64,000 nt of DNA from Octopus vulgaris (lineage: Eukaryota). The notes below the pieces were generated by a model. The model was not told where the DNA came from, did not search any database, and saw only the letters and a list, made by a program, of their open reading frames with translations. How positions within the stretch are numbered: position 1 is the first letter of the stretch; the number at the start of each line of letters is the position of its first letter. The stretch is taken from positions 11,284,001 through 11,348,000 of the forward strand of contig OX597823.1 in NCBI GenBank assembly GCA_951406725.2, in the 5' to 3' direction. This document shows positions 37,900-52,191 of this stretch, in pieces. The position numbers were made by a program, and so were the translations under genes.

Positions 37900-38800
37900 T
37901 TGAAGTCAACCTTTCATTTGAAAACCTCTTTAATTGGAGTAATGCCACTCTTGATTCTTGCACCAGTAAAAGAAAACATATATCAAGAAAAATTATTGCA
38001 TCCCGTCCACCTCCCAAGATGATCTGAATGCAACTAGAGCCCTCATTAGGCTTCACTATCAAATACGACCTCCTTTTTTGAATGCACATCTTCAGCATTA
38101 CAAAGACTTTATATGGAAGATAGCTTTCCCCTTCGGAACCATTATTACAGCATAAAAATCTACTAACCCTCTACAAAACTCATGAGCTATTCCTAGTGGA
38201 GTACTGCTCCCACATATGGAACAGTTCTCCTCTAACACATGCAATCGTCCTAATCTCCATTTAAAAGAAAAGTTATGTGAGTAATTAGCATGAAGTTACT
38301 CACGAACACACTTTAGCATCTAGACCAGAGGTTCTCAAACTGTTTGGGCCACTGCCCCCCACCCCACCCATGGGCACATAATACCCCAGTGCTCCCACCC
38401 TTATTTTTATGTATAAATAAATATTTTTATATTTTAATAATTTATATATACTATAAATTATTTGATATTTAATAGAATATTATATAATTTGTATGCAGTA
38501 CTATAAATAATATTATAATAAATTTATAGTGTTCCCCAATCAGCTGCCTTCCTCCCAACACCTTTTTCTCTACCCATCCCACTAGGCACCAGCACCCATC
38601 TGGACTGTCTCAACGCCCACTCTGTGTGTGTGTGGGGGGGGGGGGGCAGTAGCACCCACTTTGAGAACCTATGATCTAGACCACAAACATCTTCCCAGAC
38701 TTTTCTATAGCTAATACAATGGCTTCTACTCCTCAGAGCTGACCAATCTTGTGTCATTTCCACTCAGATACTCCTGACCCGCTTGGCTTTCTTCCTTTTA
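37900..38800 (+). pseudogene. Decayed CR1/Jockey-group LINE ORF2 C-terminal region, interrupted by a MITE
   Basis: LLTLYKT ... EYCSHIWNSSP before the MITE and LFYS*YNGFYSSELTNLV after it. Confidence 0.65.
38326..38673. mobile_element. hAT/Charlie-type MITE
   Basis: TIRs cagaggttctcaaa / tttgagaacctatg; 8-bp TSD atctagac at 38318-38325 and 38674-38681. Confidence 0.92.
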
Positions 38801-39441
38801 TTATTCGTATTAAGGTTAATGTTTTTTTCCTGCACCTATTGATTTACAACCCCTCAAAGGGAATGTTAATAGTATCAAAATCATTGGTACTGAAGGATCT
38901 GCAAAAGCCCTACATGCCTGCATGTATGGCTTTTGCCAATGTATATTGGTGACAGATATAAACATAAGCAACAAGATGGGGAACAACTACTGCTCTAAGA
39001 ATGAAGTGTTCTGATGTATTTTTCAACACTGTGTTGCAGATACTCTCTTGTTATTCTCCTCATTAAAAGCTGAGTAAACCATTAATTGGCCCATTGGAAG
39101 CCTGTGACTAACAGTACTATTGTTCACAAATTCTTATAAATTATGTAACTAAATAATTGGCTAGATTTCTTTCAACCCATTTTGATCTTTGGTGCTAGTT
39201 TGTCATTCATTCCATCCCATTTGTAATTAATTATATCCCTTTGATAGCTGATTTCATCTACTAGTTCCAGTCATCCATTCAAGTTGTTCATGGCTCCTGA
39301 TGCAGACTAGTAGAATCAAATCAGATGACTGGGGAAAGTATTCAGTCACCTATTCATGGACAGCAAATTCATATCCTCTGTAAACATTTTGCTGTATTTC
39401 TGAACAAACAACTTTGTTCTACATTGCTTTAGTTTACTTTG

Positions 39442-39645
39442 CATCTGGAAAGAGGTATCAGATCATCTAATAAGTATCACATCATCTGGACGTGGACATC
39501 AGATCATCTGATAAAAAAATATCAGATCAACTAGGAATATGTATCAGATCATCTGGGAATATACGTTGGGTCACCCAATAATAATTGTCTGATTTTCTGG
39601 TTATAGATATCAGATCATCTGGAAATAGTTATCAGATCATCTGAG
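39442..39645. repeat. About 22-bp-period array of ATCAGATCATCTG cores
   Basis: Cores at 39457, 39476, 39498, 39521, 39543, 39609 and 39631. Confidence 0.85.
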
Positions 39646-40373
39646 AATATTAATTGCAATAGACTGCAACTCTCTGAGGACTACAACATATAACTTGAGC
39701 TAAGCATTTACCTTGAAAAGATTCTTGAGTCTTAGAAGCCATGCTGTTAACTTTTTCAGTGCAGATAAAGAGTCAGTTTGCTGCTTTTGATTCTTTGATA
39801 GTACATTTTGTATTGTCTACTGTTTGAAACTATACATAACATGGAGTTGCCATTAAGTTACTCTGGAATGAGAACAAATTTTTTTTTTTCTAAACACAAG
39901 ATTGAGCTTGTCTGACTTGATTGAAGATGTTTTGTGATCCTTTAAAGATTAGCATAAAGAGCTGACCATTGCTTATCAACGTTTTATGCTATCTTTCTTA
40001 ATATAGCACCATCATATTAATATGTTTGTCCTATTAATACAATGTCATTTGAAGTATTTAACTTCTGCATATTTGATTTATCTATGTTTTCACACTTGAA
40101 TACTTTTCTTATCAGTAAATATAGATGTAAAAATGACTGAGTAGCTATCGAATTTGCTTTGAATCCATGTTATTTCATATTCAGTTCCACTGTGAAGCAT
40201 TTTGAACAGTTCTACCAATGCCATGTGAGAAGAATTTTAAGTCTGTTATTCACACTATGATATTTAATGAAAAATGTTTTCAAATTGAGTAGCTGATGAT
40301 GGGATATCTTTGTCTATTTAGAATAAATTGTTATCGTGATGTTTAAGTTGATTTTTTTTTATGTTCTTTGGGA

Positions 40374-40865
40374 TCATCATCATCATCATCATCGTTTAAC
40401 GTCCGTTTTCTGCGCTAGCACGGGTTGGACGGTTCAACCGGGGTCTGGGAACCCAGGGGCTGCACCAGGCTCCAGTCTGATCTGGCAGAGTTTCTACAGC
40501 TGGATGCCCTTCCTAACGCCAACCGCTCCGCGAGTGTAGTGGGTGCTTTTTACGTGCCACCTGCACAGGTGCCAGGGGGGTCCGGCATCGGCCACGATCG
40601 GTCGGAGCTTTTAACGTGCCACTGGCACGGAAGCCAGCCAAGGCGGTGCTGGCAATGGCCACATTCGGATGGTGCTTTTTATGTGCCACCGGCACAGAAG
40701 CCAGTCGGGGCGGCGCTGGCATCGGCCACGTTCGGATGGTGCTTTTTATGTGCTACCGACACAGAAGCCAGTCAAGGCGGTGCTGGCATCAGCCACGTTC
40801 GGATGGTGCTTTTTATGTGCCACCGGCACAGGTATCACAACTACTATTTCCATTGATATTTATTT
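40374..40865 (-). mobile_element. Family B element (longest internal array)
   Basis: 5 internal units; the last three are spaced 67 bp apart. Confidence 0.9.
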
Positions 40866-41864
40866 CGATGTTCATGTTCATATAGACATTATTCCCAATT
40901 GTTCTAATTATCTAGGGTTCTTCCATTGTCTGGTATGGGATCAGTTTAAAAGTTTCCATTGTCTTATATTTTTATATTAATGTTTGTATTGGTCATATTT
41001 TTAATTGCATTTAACTCGGTTTTATTTTGCTATTACCACCAGCTCATCAGAAATTTAGTAGTTTACAGGATTTATTGGGTTACATATTTGCTAGTAATTA
41101 TGCTATGCTATATATATATATGCATGCATGAGTGTGTGTGTGTGCATTAAGTAATTAGATGCACATTAAGCAGTGATGATTGAATACAGGTGTGTACAAT
41201 TGTTTAACACATTTGTATACACCTAAACCAGGAAAGACCTCTGCTGCAAACACTGTCTCTAGAGGGCAATTCTCTTTACAGACAATATGTGTGAAAAAGG
41301 TGTCAATAGTCCTTGAATGATGTCACTGGACTATAGGATATGTTTCACTTTGTTACACTGCATCAGCTATAAACACTAAATCCATTGTTCATTGCCCACT
41401 AGGAACTGTCTTTCTCATATTTAAACAGCAAATAAATCATTTACTGATACATGCAAAGCTTTGTCTAGCTGGAATTATTAATTATAGGGGTAAATTAAGC
41501 AGTGATGAGTGATGGTGTGTGTGTGTGCAACTGTGTTTAGCATGTTTGTGTGCACTCAAATATGGAAAAACCTTCACTGTATGTAATTACACAGAGGTAG
41601 GTGTCCTACAGTCCAGTGATATCATTCAGTGGGGTATTTTCCACACATTGTCAATGGCAACAGTTTTTGCAGCAGAAGTCTTTCCATGTTTGGGTGCACA
41701 CGAGTGTACTAAACATTTCAGCTGAGTACACTGAAGCAATATGAAATGAAGTGCCTCACTCAAGGATACAATATGCCACCCAGTCTAAGAACCTGTAACA
41801 TTATAATTGTGAGCCTCAAGACTTTAACCAATAGGCTATATGCCCTTACCATTAAATTACTTAA

Positions 41865-42085
41865 CCCTTTCGTTACTGCATTTATTTTGAGATGCTCTGT
41901 TTTCTTTCAATTACTTTAAATATAACAAAAAATTTAGTAAAATAACTTAGTTATCATTCAGCTAGTGTTAGGAACATAAATTGTGACTAAGGTTTGGTGG
42001 AAGATTTTAATTCAAAACTTATGAAAACAAGACATTTGTACTCAGAGTCAGAGAGCTGGTTTCAGCTGGGTTGGTAATAAAAGGG
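41865..42085. mobile_element. piggyBac-type MITE
   Basis: TTAA|ccctttcgttac ... gtaataaaaggg|TTAA. Confidence 0.8.
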
Positions 42086-42572
42086 TTAATCCTAGAGAAA
42101 TGATTAAATTAGGAAAAAAAGTCCAGGACTTAGGATTATGAAGAGCTAAACACATATTTTGAGGTCTATTTGTTTTTCCTCTATTAAACATTTTCGTAAA
42201 GTCTGCCACCTAACTTCATCTCAATAATTCTTTTCTTTAACAAGTATCACTGGCTTGATACTTAATTCTGGATTATGCAGCATTAAATGTGGAAATAATC
42301 TCCTCTTCTTCTGCCAGATTTTCTCTAACAGTTTTATTCTATTTCCATATACACAATGTAACTGGATTGATGGCGGAATTGTTCAGATTGCAATACAGTA
42401 ATGTTTTTGGATTCACTGCTTCTATAAATCTACGACCTATACAAATATGACTTGTACCTGCCAAATGATGATGTAACCCTCTATCCATCCCTTCAACTGT
42501 CACAGTCTGAATATTCCTCTGGGTCAAGACTGTTTTAAATGCCTATCTAGCTATGAGTTGATATAGATTCTA

Positions 42573-42987
42573 TTCTCTTTCTCTCTTTCTCTTTTACTTG
42601 TTTCAGTCAGTTGACTGCGGCCATGCTGGAGCACCGCCTTTAGTCGAGCAACTCGACCCCGGGACTTATTCTTTGTAAGCCCAGTACTTATTCTATCGGT
42701 CTCTTTTGCCGAACCGCTAAGTAACGGGGACGTAAACACACCAGCATCGGTTGTCAAGCAATGCTAGGGGGACAAACACAGATACACACATACACATACA
42801 TACATATATATATATACATATATACGACGGGCTTCTTTCAGTTTCCGTCTACCAAATCCACTCACAATGCTTTGGTCGGCCCGAGGCTATAGTAGAAGAC
42901 ACTTGCCCAAGGTGCCACACAGTGGGACTGAACCCAGAACCATGTGGTTGGTAAACAAGCTACTTACCACACAGCCACTCCTGTGCC
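42573..42987 (-). mobile_element. SINE family A
   Basis: Full consensus. Confidence 0.93.
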
Positions 42988-43100
42988 TATGTCAGCTCAG
43001 CTATATAGGCGCCTAAAACAATTCATGGGAATATGGTATATGATGTGGTATGTGCTTAATGATATCCTTAATTTTAAAATTACTTAATTATGCACATTCA

Positions 43101-43303
43101 CGGGTTGCGGATCCGTGGAACAAGCTGCCAGACGAGATGGTAAAGATGCCGACGGCCGCTTTGTTCAAAGTCTCCCTTGACCTCAAGTGGCCTGAACTCT
43201 TTACATGAACACCACCCTGTACATAACTCCATGTCCCCCTACATGGCCTTGCTTTTTGCTTTTTGAGCCAAAAAAATTAATTAACTAACTAACTAACTAA
43301 CTT
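43101..43303 (+). mobile_element. 5'-truncated CR1/L2-group LINE 3' end
   Basis: 43101-43208 translates RVADPWNKLPDEMVKMPTAALFKVSLDLKWPELFT* (WNxLP...FK..LD motif), followed by a short UTR and a (TAAC)n tail. Confidence 0.85.
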
Positions 43304-43904
43304 ATAGAAGTAAAATAGTGGTTGCTAGTCTTCTAGTGCATATGTGTCCAAGATAATGTAACCCCTAATAGTAATGGCATAGGAGCTTGGAAAATATAAT
43401 ATTATGCACAATACATTATATTTTAATAACTATTGGGTGTGGGCTCTTCTAAATTTTATTGAATTTGTGATAAACTGTAAGATTTTATAACATACTGTGT
43501 CAAAAAGAAAGTGTTTGATTTTTCATGTTTAATTCCCAGAAAGAAATTAATATGAATAATAGTTGATATATATTTGCATAAATGATCCATTTTCTCTGCA
43601 AGTTCTTTAAAGGAAGCTTTATAGTATTTACATTAAAGAAATTAAGTTGTTTAAGAATGAAAGTTATCTCTTGGCAATAATTCTCTTTATTGCCAAATTA
43701 ATTTATACAGTTAAACAATAATTGTCCAAAGATATTGTCATTGATTTAGCCATTAACAAGCTTTGTATTAAACACTTCTCTGAAATTCTTAATAGTTAAT
43801 ATTAAAATCTCTCACCCTCTGTCTTTGTCCCTCTCTCTCTGTCTCTCTCTCTCTGTCTCTCTCTTTTTCTCTCACTCTCACACTCTCTAATAAGTGTGTG
43901 CATG

Positions 43905-43939
<35 letters not shown>

Positions 43940-44059
43940 ATATGACTGATTGAATAAGCCATGAAATCTGAATCAACTTTACTGTATATGTGCTTCTGTG
44001 TGTGCGTGTGTGTAATCATTTATATGTATACATCAGTTTGTATATGCATGCGTGTGTGT

Positions 44060-44092
<33 letters not shown>

Positions 44093-44273
44093 AGTAGCTT
44101 GTAAATATTTCATATTTTCTTTATATGCTATATCTGAAGTCCAAAAGTTTAGTTTCTTCAATTCATATGAAGCCATAGCATTGATGACTTATGTCATCAT
44201 GAGTTTCCAATGATTAAATATCTCACTTTGATTAACTAAAATTATATTAGCTATGACCATGTGCATCTTACTG

Positions 44274-44313
<40 letters not shown>

Positions 44314-44567
44314 ACACACACACACACACACACACAAATATATATGTATGTTCTTGATGGTAATATAACTGAAATTAAGGCACCCAATATTAATTAGACA
44401 TAAAATTTAACTATATGTGATACATTATCTATACATCAAAACTGGATATACAGGATGAGTAGTAAATTGTGTATGTGGATATATATATATATATCCATAA
44501 ACATACACAAATGCATGCATACATATATGTATATACACATGTCTGTCCATACACACACACACATACA

Positions 44568-44725
44568 GGTGCAGGCATGGCTATGTAGTTAACAAATTTA
44601 TTTCCAACCCATGTGGTTTTGGGGTTGGGCCCATTCTATGGCAACTTCAGCAAGTGTCTTCTACTATATCACTGGTTAAACTAAACTGGAAAGAAGCTTG
44701 TTGTGTGTGTGTGTGTGTATGTGTG

Positions 44726-44771
<46 letters not shown>

Positions 44772-44990
44772 ATGTGTGTGTGTATTTGCATCTCCTTGTC
44801 AAGGCATTGCTTGGCAGTTGTAGATAAATTTCTTCATCATACACAATGTGTAGTTCATTTCAAATATTCCAATAATAAAGAGATATGACCTTGGTTGGTG
44901 AGAGTTGTGGACAGGTAGAGTATCAAGCGATAGAAAATCTGCTTCAATGAATTCCACGTGACCCTTGCTAGAATGGAAAAGGTGATGTTA
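44568..44990 (+). mobile_element. Degenerate SINE family G
   Basis: A-like head, microsatellite and B-like tail. Confidence 0.6.
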
Positions 44991-45059
44991 GAATATATAT
45001 ATTCTAACCTCTCACCTGGCACAAAACTACTTCTCAGCTGAGAGGTCTTTATCTTACTT

Positions 45060-45275
45060 GGCCACCCCACTGGTGTTGGTGCCATATAAAAGGCACCAGT
45101 GTTGGTGTCACATAAATATCACACAGTGCACTCTGTAGAGTGGTTGGCATTAGGAAGGGCATCCAGCTGTAGAAACCATGCCAAAACAGACAATGGAGAC
45201 TGGTGCAACTCTCCAGCCTGCCAGCTCCTGTCAAACCAGTTAACCTATGCCAGCATGGAAGACAATGATGATGAT
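45060..45275 (+). mobile_element. Diverged family B element
   Basis: ggcattaggaagggcatccagctgtagaaac ... gatgatgatga. Confidence 0.75.
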
Positions 45276-46350
45276 GAGAGTATGTTTGTGAGAGAGAGAG
45301 AGAATGAATTAGATATTTTGGCTGATAGACAGCCAGATAAATAAAATGAAAGAAATGGTTCACTGTCAGTTTTCTCTGTAAGTATTCAGTTGTCTGATCA
45401 ACTGAACTAGCTGCTTATTGTTGGGTGAGTGGCTGAGTATTCTCCTGTCACATATTCTTAATGTAATTTGCCGATAGATTCAGTATATCATGTGAGAAGA
45501 TTGAACTTTTGAATTGCAGTTTCCAATCCATCTGGTGAGCTTTTAAATAATATGTCTCACCGTGTTTCACTCACTCACAAGGCTTGGAATCAACTTGAAG
45601 CTGTTGTAAATTACACGTGCCCGAGATGTCAAGTAGTTTAATTAAACACAAGATTTTGTAATTGCAAGTAAACTTCCTAACGAATTGGCCATGCTACTTT
45701 TACAATTTTTAGCAATTTATTCATAGAATAATAACAGCTGAATGTATAAATTAAAGGATTATGAGGTTACAGATTTGTCTAGATCATGTGCTATTAAATT
45801 TACCTGTACAGATTTTCACATCTCATTAGCAAATACGAAAAATAATTTTTAAAAAGTAATAAGCAATAACAAAAAATTTAATAAATGCTTTTATATATAA
45901 GCTATGTTCATTAATTGAAAAACAAAATTATAACAATCTAACAAATTAGTTATAAATTTTACCAATCAACACATTAGGAATACCTTTACACAATGGCCTG
46001 CAAGCAATTAATATATGTAATTTTTAATAAAACATTCAATGGTATCATTATACTTATAGTTAATGCCGATATTGTACTCATAATATACTGTAGAAAAGTT
46101 GAAATACCTGTTATATTCAAAAGGAAAAAAGAAAATATATATTTGCATAGGGGTTATTATGCTTTGTAATTACATTTAACCATACTTCTGTCTTGTAAAA
46201 ATTAATAACACTTGTATTTTATTTTAAGAAATAAATGTAAAATGAGGTAAAAAATTTTATTTCTTCAATATTTCTTTTATAATCCTATTATTGTAAAATA
46301 GGCGTATTCTTCATTGATTATTTTTGTTAACAGAACTCTAGTCTAGATGA

Positions 46351-46408
<58 letters not shown>

Positions 46409-46709
46409 CTCTATCTCTCTATCTATCTATCTATCTATCTATCTCCCCCCTCCCCTTCCTGAAGCTCTATAATACATGCATTGTACTATTGCCACTCAGT
46501 GTCCCCTTCGTTCTAATGGATTGAACTAATGCTTCCAGTGCCTCTACTTTTACTGTACATCATTGATGCATACTGACAGAGAAGCACTGCTGCATAAAAT
46601 TCCTTTGAACACAACAAGGCTATCAACATATGTAACTGAATATATCTATTATTATTATAAGACTTTTATTTATTTATGTAGGATGAAATGTTACAATGTA
46701 AAAATGGGG

Positions 46710-47262
<553 letters not shown>

Positions 47263-49263
47263 AGTATGTATATTTCAGTATATAAACACTTCCTAGAAAA
47301 CTATTTTTACTAAGATGAAAACTAGGCAGTAAGCTGAATAATGAAGAAGGCACAATAAATGGAATATATAGATGTAGAATGGAATATTAATGACCTAATT
47401 TTTGCTAAATTATGATACAGCAATATTTTAGCTAATCTATATTCTTTTACTCTTAATGTTTCAATTCCTTCTAGTATTAAAATTCTTGAAATGGTAGAAA
47501 ATAAGAAATGGAGAGAAATGTTATGTGTATAGGAAAGTATTATCAGTACCAGACTACCATTGTCATAGGTATATAAGTGTGTGTATGTGTGTGTGTGTGT
47601 GTGTGTTTGTGTGTGTATGCTTGTGTGAGTGTGTGTGTATGAATTTGTGTTTATGGTGAAACTGATTTGTATGAATATGTAATAAACAGCAAAATGTCTG
47701 TTCTAACCATGAAAGAGTTCTTTTTTTGTTTTTCCTTATTCTCTATCAACTGATTTCTCTCAAATGCATTCACTACATGCATACATACATACATATACAT
47801 ATTCCCCTTTCATCTAACAATAATTTTAATTTTGTAAATAAGTAATTTTCCCCTTTTAATATTTAGAGATATATTTAATTCAGAATTAAATTTATACTAT
47901 TTCACCAACTCAGCAATACAAATCATTGTCAGTTAAAATTTTTATTTAACAAAATAAAAATCAATTATCGACAACTGAAATAATTATTTTTAAATGTCAT
48001 ATGATTGAATAGGTCCTTAGTTTTGTTGTAAATAGTTGTAAATGGAAATATGTAAAGAGAAGTTCAATAATGTTTGATTTACTATATGTATTTCTTGTTA
48101 TAGGAGAAACATGAGTCAAAAAGCCAACTATTCTAGATAGTTGGTGGTTGTTAGGATAGAGAGAATGTGATAGCTTTGTGTTCAGTTACTGTCTATAATA
48201 ACACAGTAAAGATGGCTTGATTTAAAGCCATTTGCATACGATGGATGGATGGATGGATGGAAGAACAGATGAAAGGATAGATGGCTAGATGGATGGAAAC
48301 CTGTAATGGTAGTAGCATTAGAGGAAGCCTGGAGCTGAAAATGCCCAGCAATAGCATAGAAGTTGCAGTTCGCATTGGTTGCTGAGTTGGATTGTCGATG
48401 TGATGAACAATTATCTTTTCCACTGTCTACCCAGGAAAAATAAAATTGATTTAATGGATTCAGAGAAAGAAATTAACAAATCATCTTAAAGTAGGACTTG
48501 TGAGAAATACGCACAACTTGCATTTTTCATTTTTATACAGAGGCTTGCTGTTGCTATGTTCTAACTAGGGAAATTTTGATGCTAAATTAGAATCATACAT
48601 AACACACACATACACATATAATTTCCATTTATATATATATATATATAATTACTATTTTGGATTCTAACCTCCTTGTCTATACTCAAATATCTTCCTAATA
48701 GTTTCAATAGTTTCCTTTTATGACTGGTAGAGTGTAACCACTGGCTTATTACTTGGATGACTTTCCAATATAACCCCTTATAGAAGTAATAAGCTGAGGT
48801 TTAACATTACTGATCTTATCCTTATTGTTGTTGTTAGTAGGTTGAATCTGAGGCAGTTGATAACTTTTTAGGTTGTAGAAAAGCAAAATTTGTTCCTCTG
48901 AAGTTAAAGGGCTTCAAATAAGGAAAAGGAATGTATAAAACGCAGCTGTACACTTTAATACAATGTCTAGCCAACAAGAGGCTTTTTTTTTTTCCAAAGG
49001 ATATTATGATCTTCATGAATTTTTTTACTTCTTATACACACTGATCCTTATACACAATTATGTAAATGTAATAATCTCTATCTGCTGGCCAGGCAATATC
49101 AGAAATACAGGTTTCTCTGGCTAAGGATCTGTCAACTATTTGTTGCACAAAAGATAATGATGGGATAGAGATGGATTGGGTACACATACAAACCAGTAAT
49201 TGAGAATGACCAGAGAGGACCTTACATAGAACCCTTTAGGAAAACAGTTACATCAAATTTGAG

Positions 49264-49660
49264 ATCATCATCATCATCATCATCGTTTAGCGTCCGCTTT
49301 CCATGCTAGCATGGGTTGGACGGTTCAACTGGGGTCTGGGAAGCCAGAAGGCTGCACCAGGCCCAGTTTAATCTGGCAATGTTTCTACGGCTGGATGCCC
49401 TTCCTAACGCCAACCACTCCATGAGTGTAGTGGGTGCTTTTTACGTGCCAGACGAGTCTGGCAAACGGCCACGATCGGATGGTGCTTTTTATGTGCCACC
49501 GGCATGGAGGCCAGGCAAGGCTGGCAACGGCCACAAACGGATGGTGCTTTTTACGTGCCACCGGCACGAGGCCAGTTAGGACGGCGCTGGCAACGGCCAC
49601 ATTCGGATGGTTCTCTTACGTGCCACCGGCACTGGTAACTCAGCTGCAATTTCCATTGAT
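49264..49660 (-). mobile_element. Family B element
   Basis: 4 internal units. Confidence 0.88.
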
Positions 49661-50447
49661 CGAAACAAAAAAAAAATGAACATTAGAAACAAATTCGCTT
49701 CTTCTTTTAATGATTTCACTCATTAAACTGTTTGGCGATGGGTTCATGAGTTAACTTGAATGACATGGTATTTACATTATCAATTGATCACTTGATAAGA
49801 AATCTTCAAATATAAATGTCATTTAGTAGTTAAAAACTTTATTTTGTTAATTCTATAATTTCCTCAATCTTCATCTCATTTACCTTCACCTTTGGTCAGT
49901 TTAATGATAATCAACAATTTTGCTTTCTTCTAATGATCTTATCCATAATTCCATAATATTTCCCAACACCATCTTACTCTTGCACACTTTGTAACCTTTG
50001 CAACCAAATGCTCATCAGATGTCAGCATCTTGCCTTAATTGGGAATAGCGTAGACATTTAATGAGTCATGACATCTTAGCATTGATGATAAAAATCATAA
50101 GAAATTTGGATGAATTCTTTAGATTCAGTTTTCAACAAGATTTGTCTGAAAAAAACACAGTAGCTTTCAGTGCAATAACAACAGAGAACACAAGCAAAAT
50201 GATGACATTTCAAAAATGTAAATGTTGATGGGTATTTTTGTATGAAAACAAACACATATAATGCATACCTATCAGTTTGCCTATCTATCTATACATATCA
50301 ATCTATTTGTCTGTGTGTCTAGAGAAAAAGGAAGAGTGAATGAAAGAAAATGGGGGGGGGGGTCTCAGTCATTGGAGTGCAAGCATGCCATACACTGTCT
50401 TTAGTTGATTATATAAACCTCAATACTTATTTTAGTGAATTATATTT

Positions 50448-50766
50448 ATTGACTGGCCTCGTGCCGGTGGCACGTAAAAAGCTCAATCCGTCCATGGCCG
50501 TTTGCCAGCCTCGCCTGGCCCCGTGCCGGCGGCACGTAAAAAGCACCATCCGTCCGTGGCCGTTTGCCAGCTCCGGGTGGCACGTAAAAAGCAACCACTA
50601 CACTCACGGAGTGGTTGGCGTTAGGAAGGGTATCCAACCATAGAAACACTGCCAGATCAGACTGGGCCTGATGCAGCCTTCTGGCTTCACAGACCCCCAG
50701 TTGAACCATCCAACCCATGCTAGCATGGAAAGCGGACGCTAAATGATGATGATGATGATGATGATG
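50448..50766 (+). mobile_element. Family B element
   Basis: 3 internal units and a (GAT)n tail. Confidence 0.88.
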
Positions 50767-50868
50767 AACAGCTAAATTACATTATATTTACACAAAATGT
50801 AAATATAAGCGCATAGAAAAATCTGGACACAATGCACACTCACACACACATACCATATATGAATATAT

Positions 50869-50975
<107 letters not shown>

Positions 50976-52191
50976 CATACATACATATGTATGTGTGAGA
51001 GAGAGAGATAGGCTTCCACACAAATTCTGTCTACTAAGTCCACTCAGGATGTATTAGTCAACACAAGGCCGCAGTCAGACATGTATCCAAGGAGCCAGAC
51101 AGTGGAATATTCCACTATTTTATTTTTGTAACAAATTTATTTCAGCAAAAATCTTTACACTTTATGATTTGATATCTCCATGCAGTCATTCACCCTGTTG
51201 CAAATGGTAGCTAAATATCCCTCTTAAGCATACTCTATTAACTTAAAATTAAAACAGTTTAATGCCAGATATACAACATTACTGGATGGTCACTGCCAGA
51301 ATCGCTTTGATCATAAGCCTTCTAAGTCAGGAATCATTTAGGGCTTAAAACAACAATAATATCAATATTGAATCACAGGTAAAACTACTTTTTTTTTTTT
51401 GCCGATGAATCATTACTATTAAGTAACAAGTAAATTAATTATTCATCTAGCTTTTCACTTCATATCTAATTTATAAATGAAACAAAGGATAACTCTTGTG
51501 CTTGAGTAAACATAATGTGGGTGGGTGGGCAGTGATAGGGTGGATGAATGGTGGTGATGGGCTGAAGGCTCGTTATGGGGATTAATTATGGGTTGGTGAA
51601 CAAAGTTAGGAATGAGGCTAGAGGAACTTCCGAGAGAAGTACTGCTATGATATAAAACTAGCTTGATAAAATAGTAGTGGTGATGGAAGTGGTGGTGGTG
51701 ATGGAAAAGAGAAACACTAGTTAGTTACTTGGTTAATCAGCTTATTTTCATTTAACTGATTTTGCTCATTGAACTATGGGGGATGCTGGGGCATCACCTT
51801 CAAAGATATAGTTCTTTAAACCACTTTCCCCCACTTCTCCATATCCCTGATCCAGCTGACTTATGATCCGAAACATCCCAGTCATGAACCTCATGCTATT
51901 TATTAAGATACAGTGAACTTTGCACAACATTATCTAATTTGTCTTCCAGTTTCTTTTAAAGATAGCTAGGTGTAATTTGAGGGAGATTTCGATGTTATTT
52001 AGTTTAGCCCAAAGTTTAACCCTTATTGAACAAATTTACTGCCAATGGTGTTCCACTCATGACCATTGTGTGTTTTTATACATTTGGGTCTGTACTGTCT
52101 CAATGTATCTTTTTTGGAAGGAATTGATTAGGAAGCTATTTAGATGCTAATTCTAGAAGTTGATGGATTGCTTAGTGGTAGTCATATAGGA

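Noticed and set aside
39442-39645. CRISPR array
   Set aside because: The repeat (13 bp) and spacers (about 9 bp) are far too short, there are no cas genes, and the context is eukaryotic.
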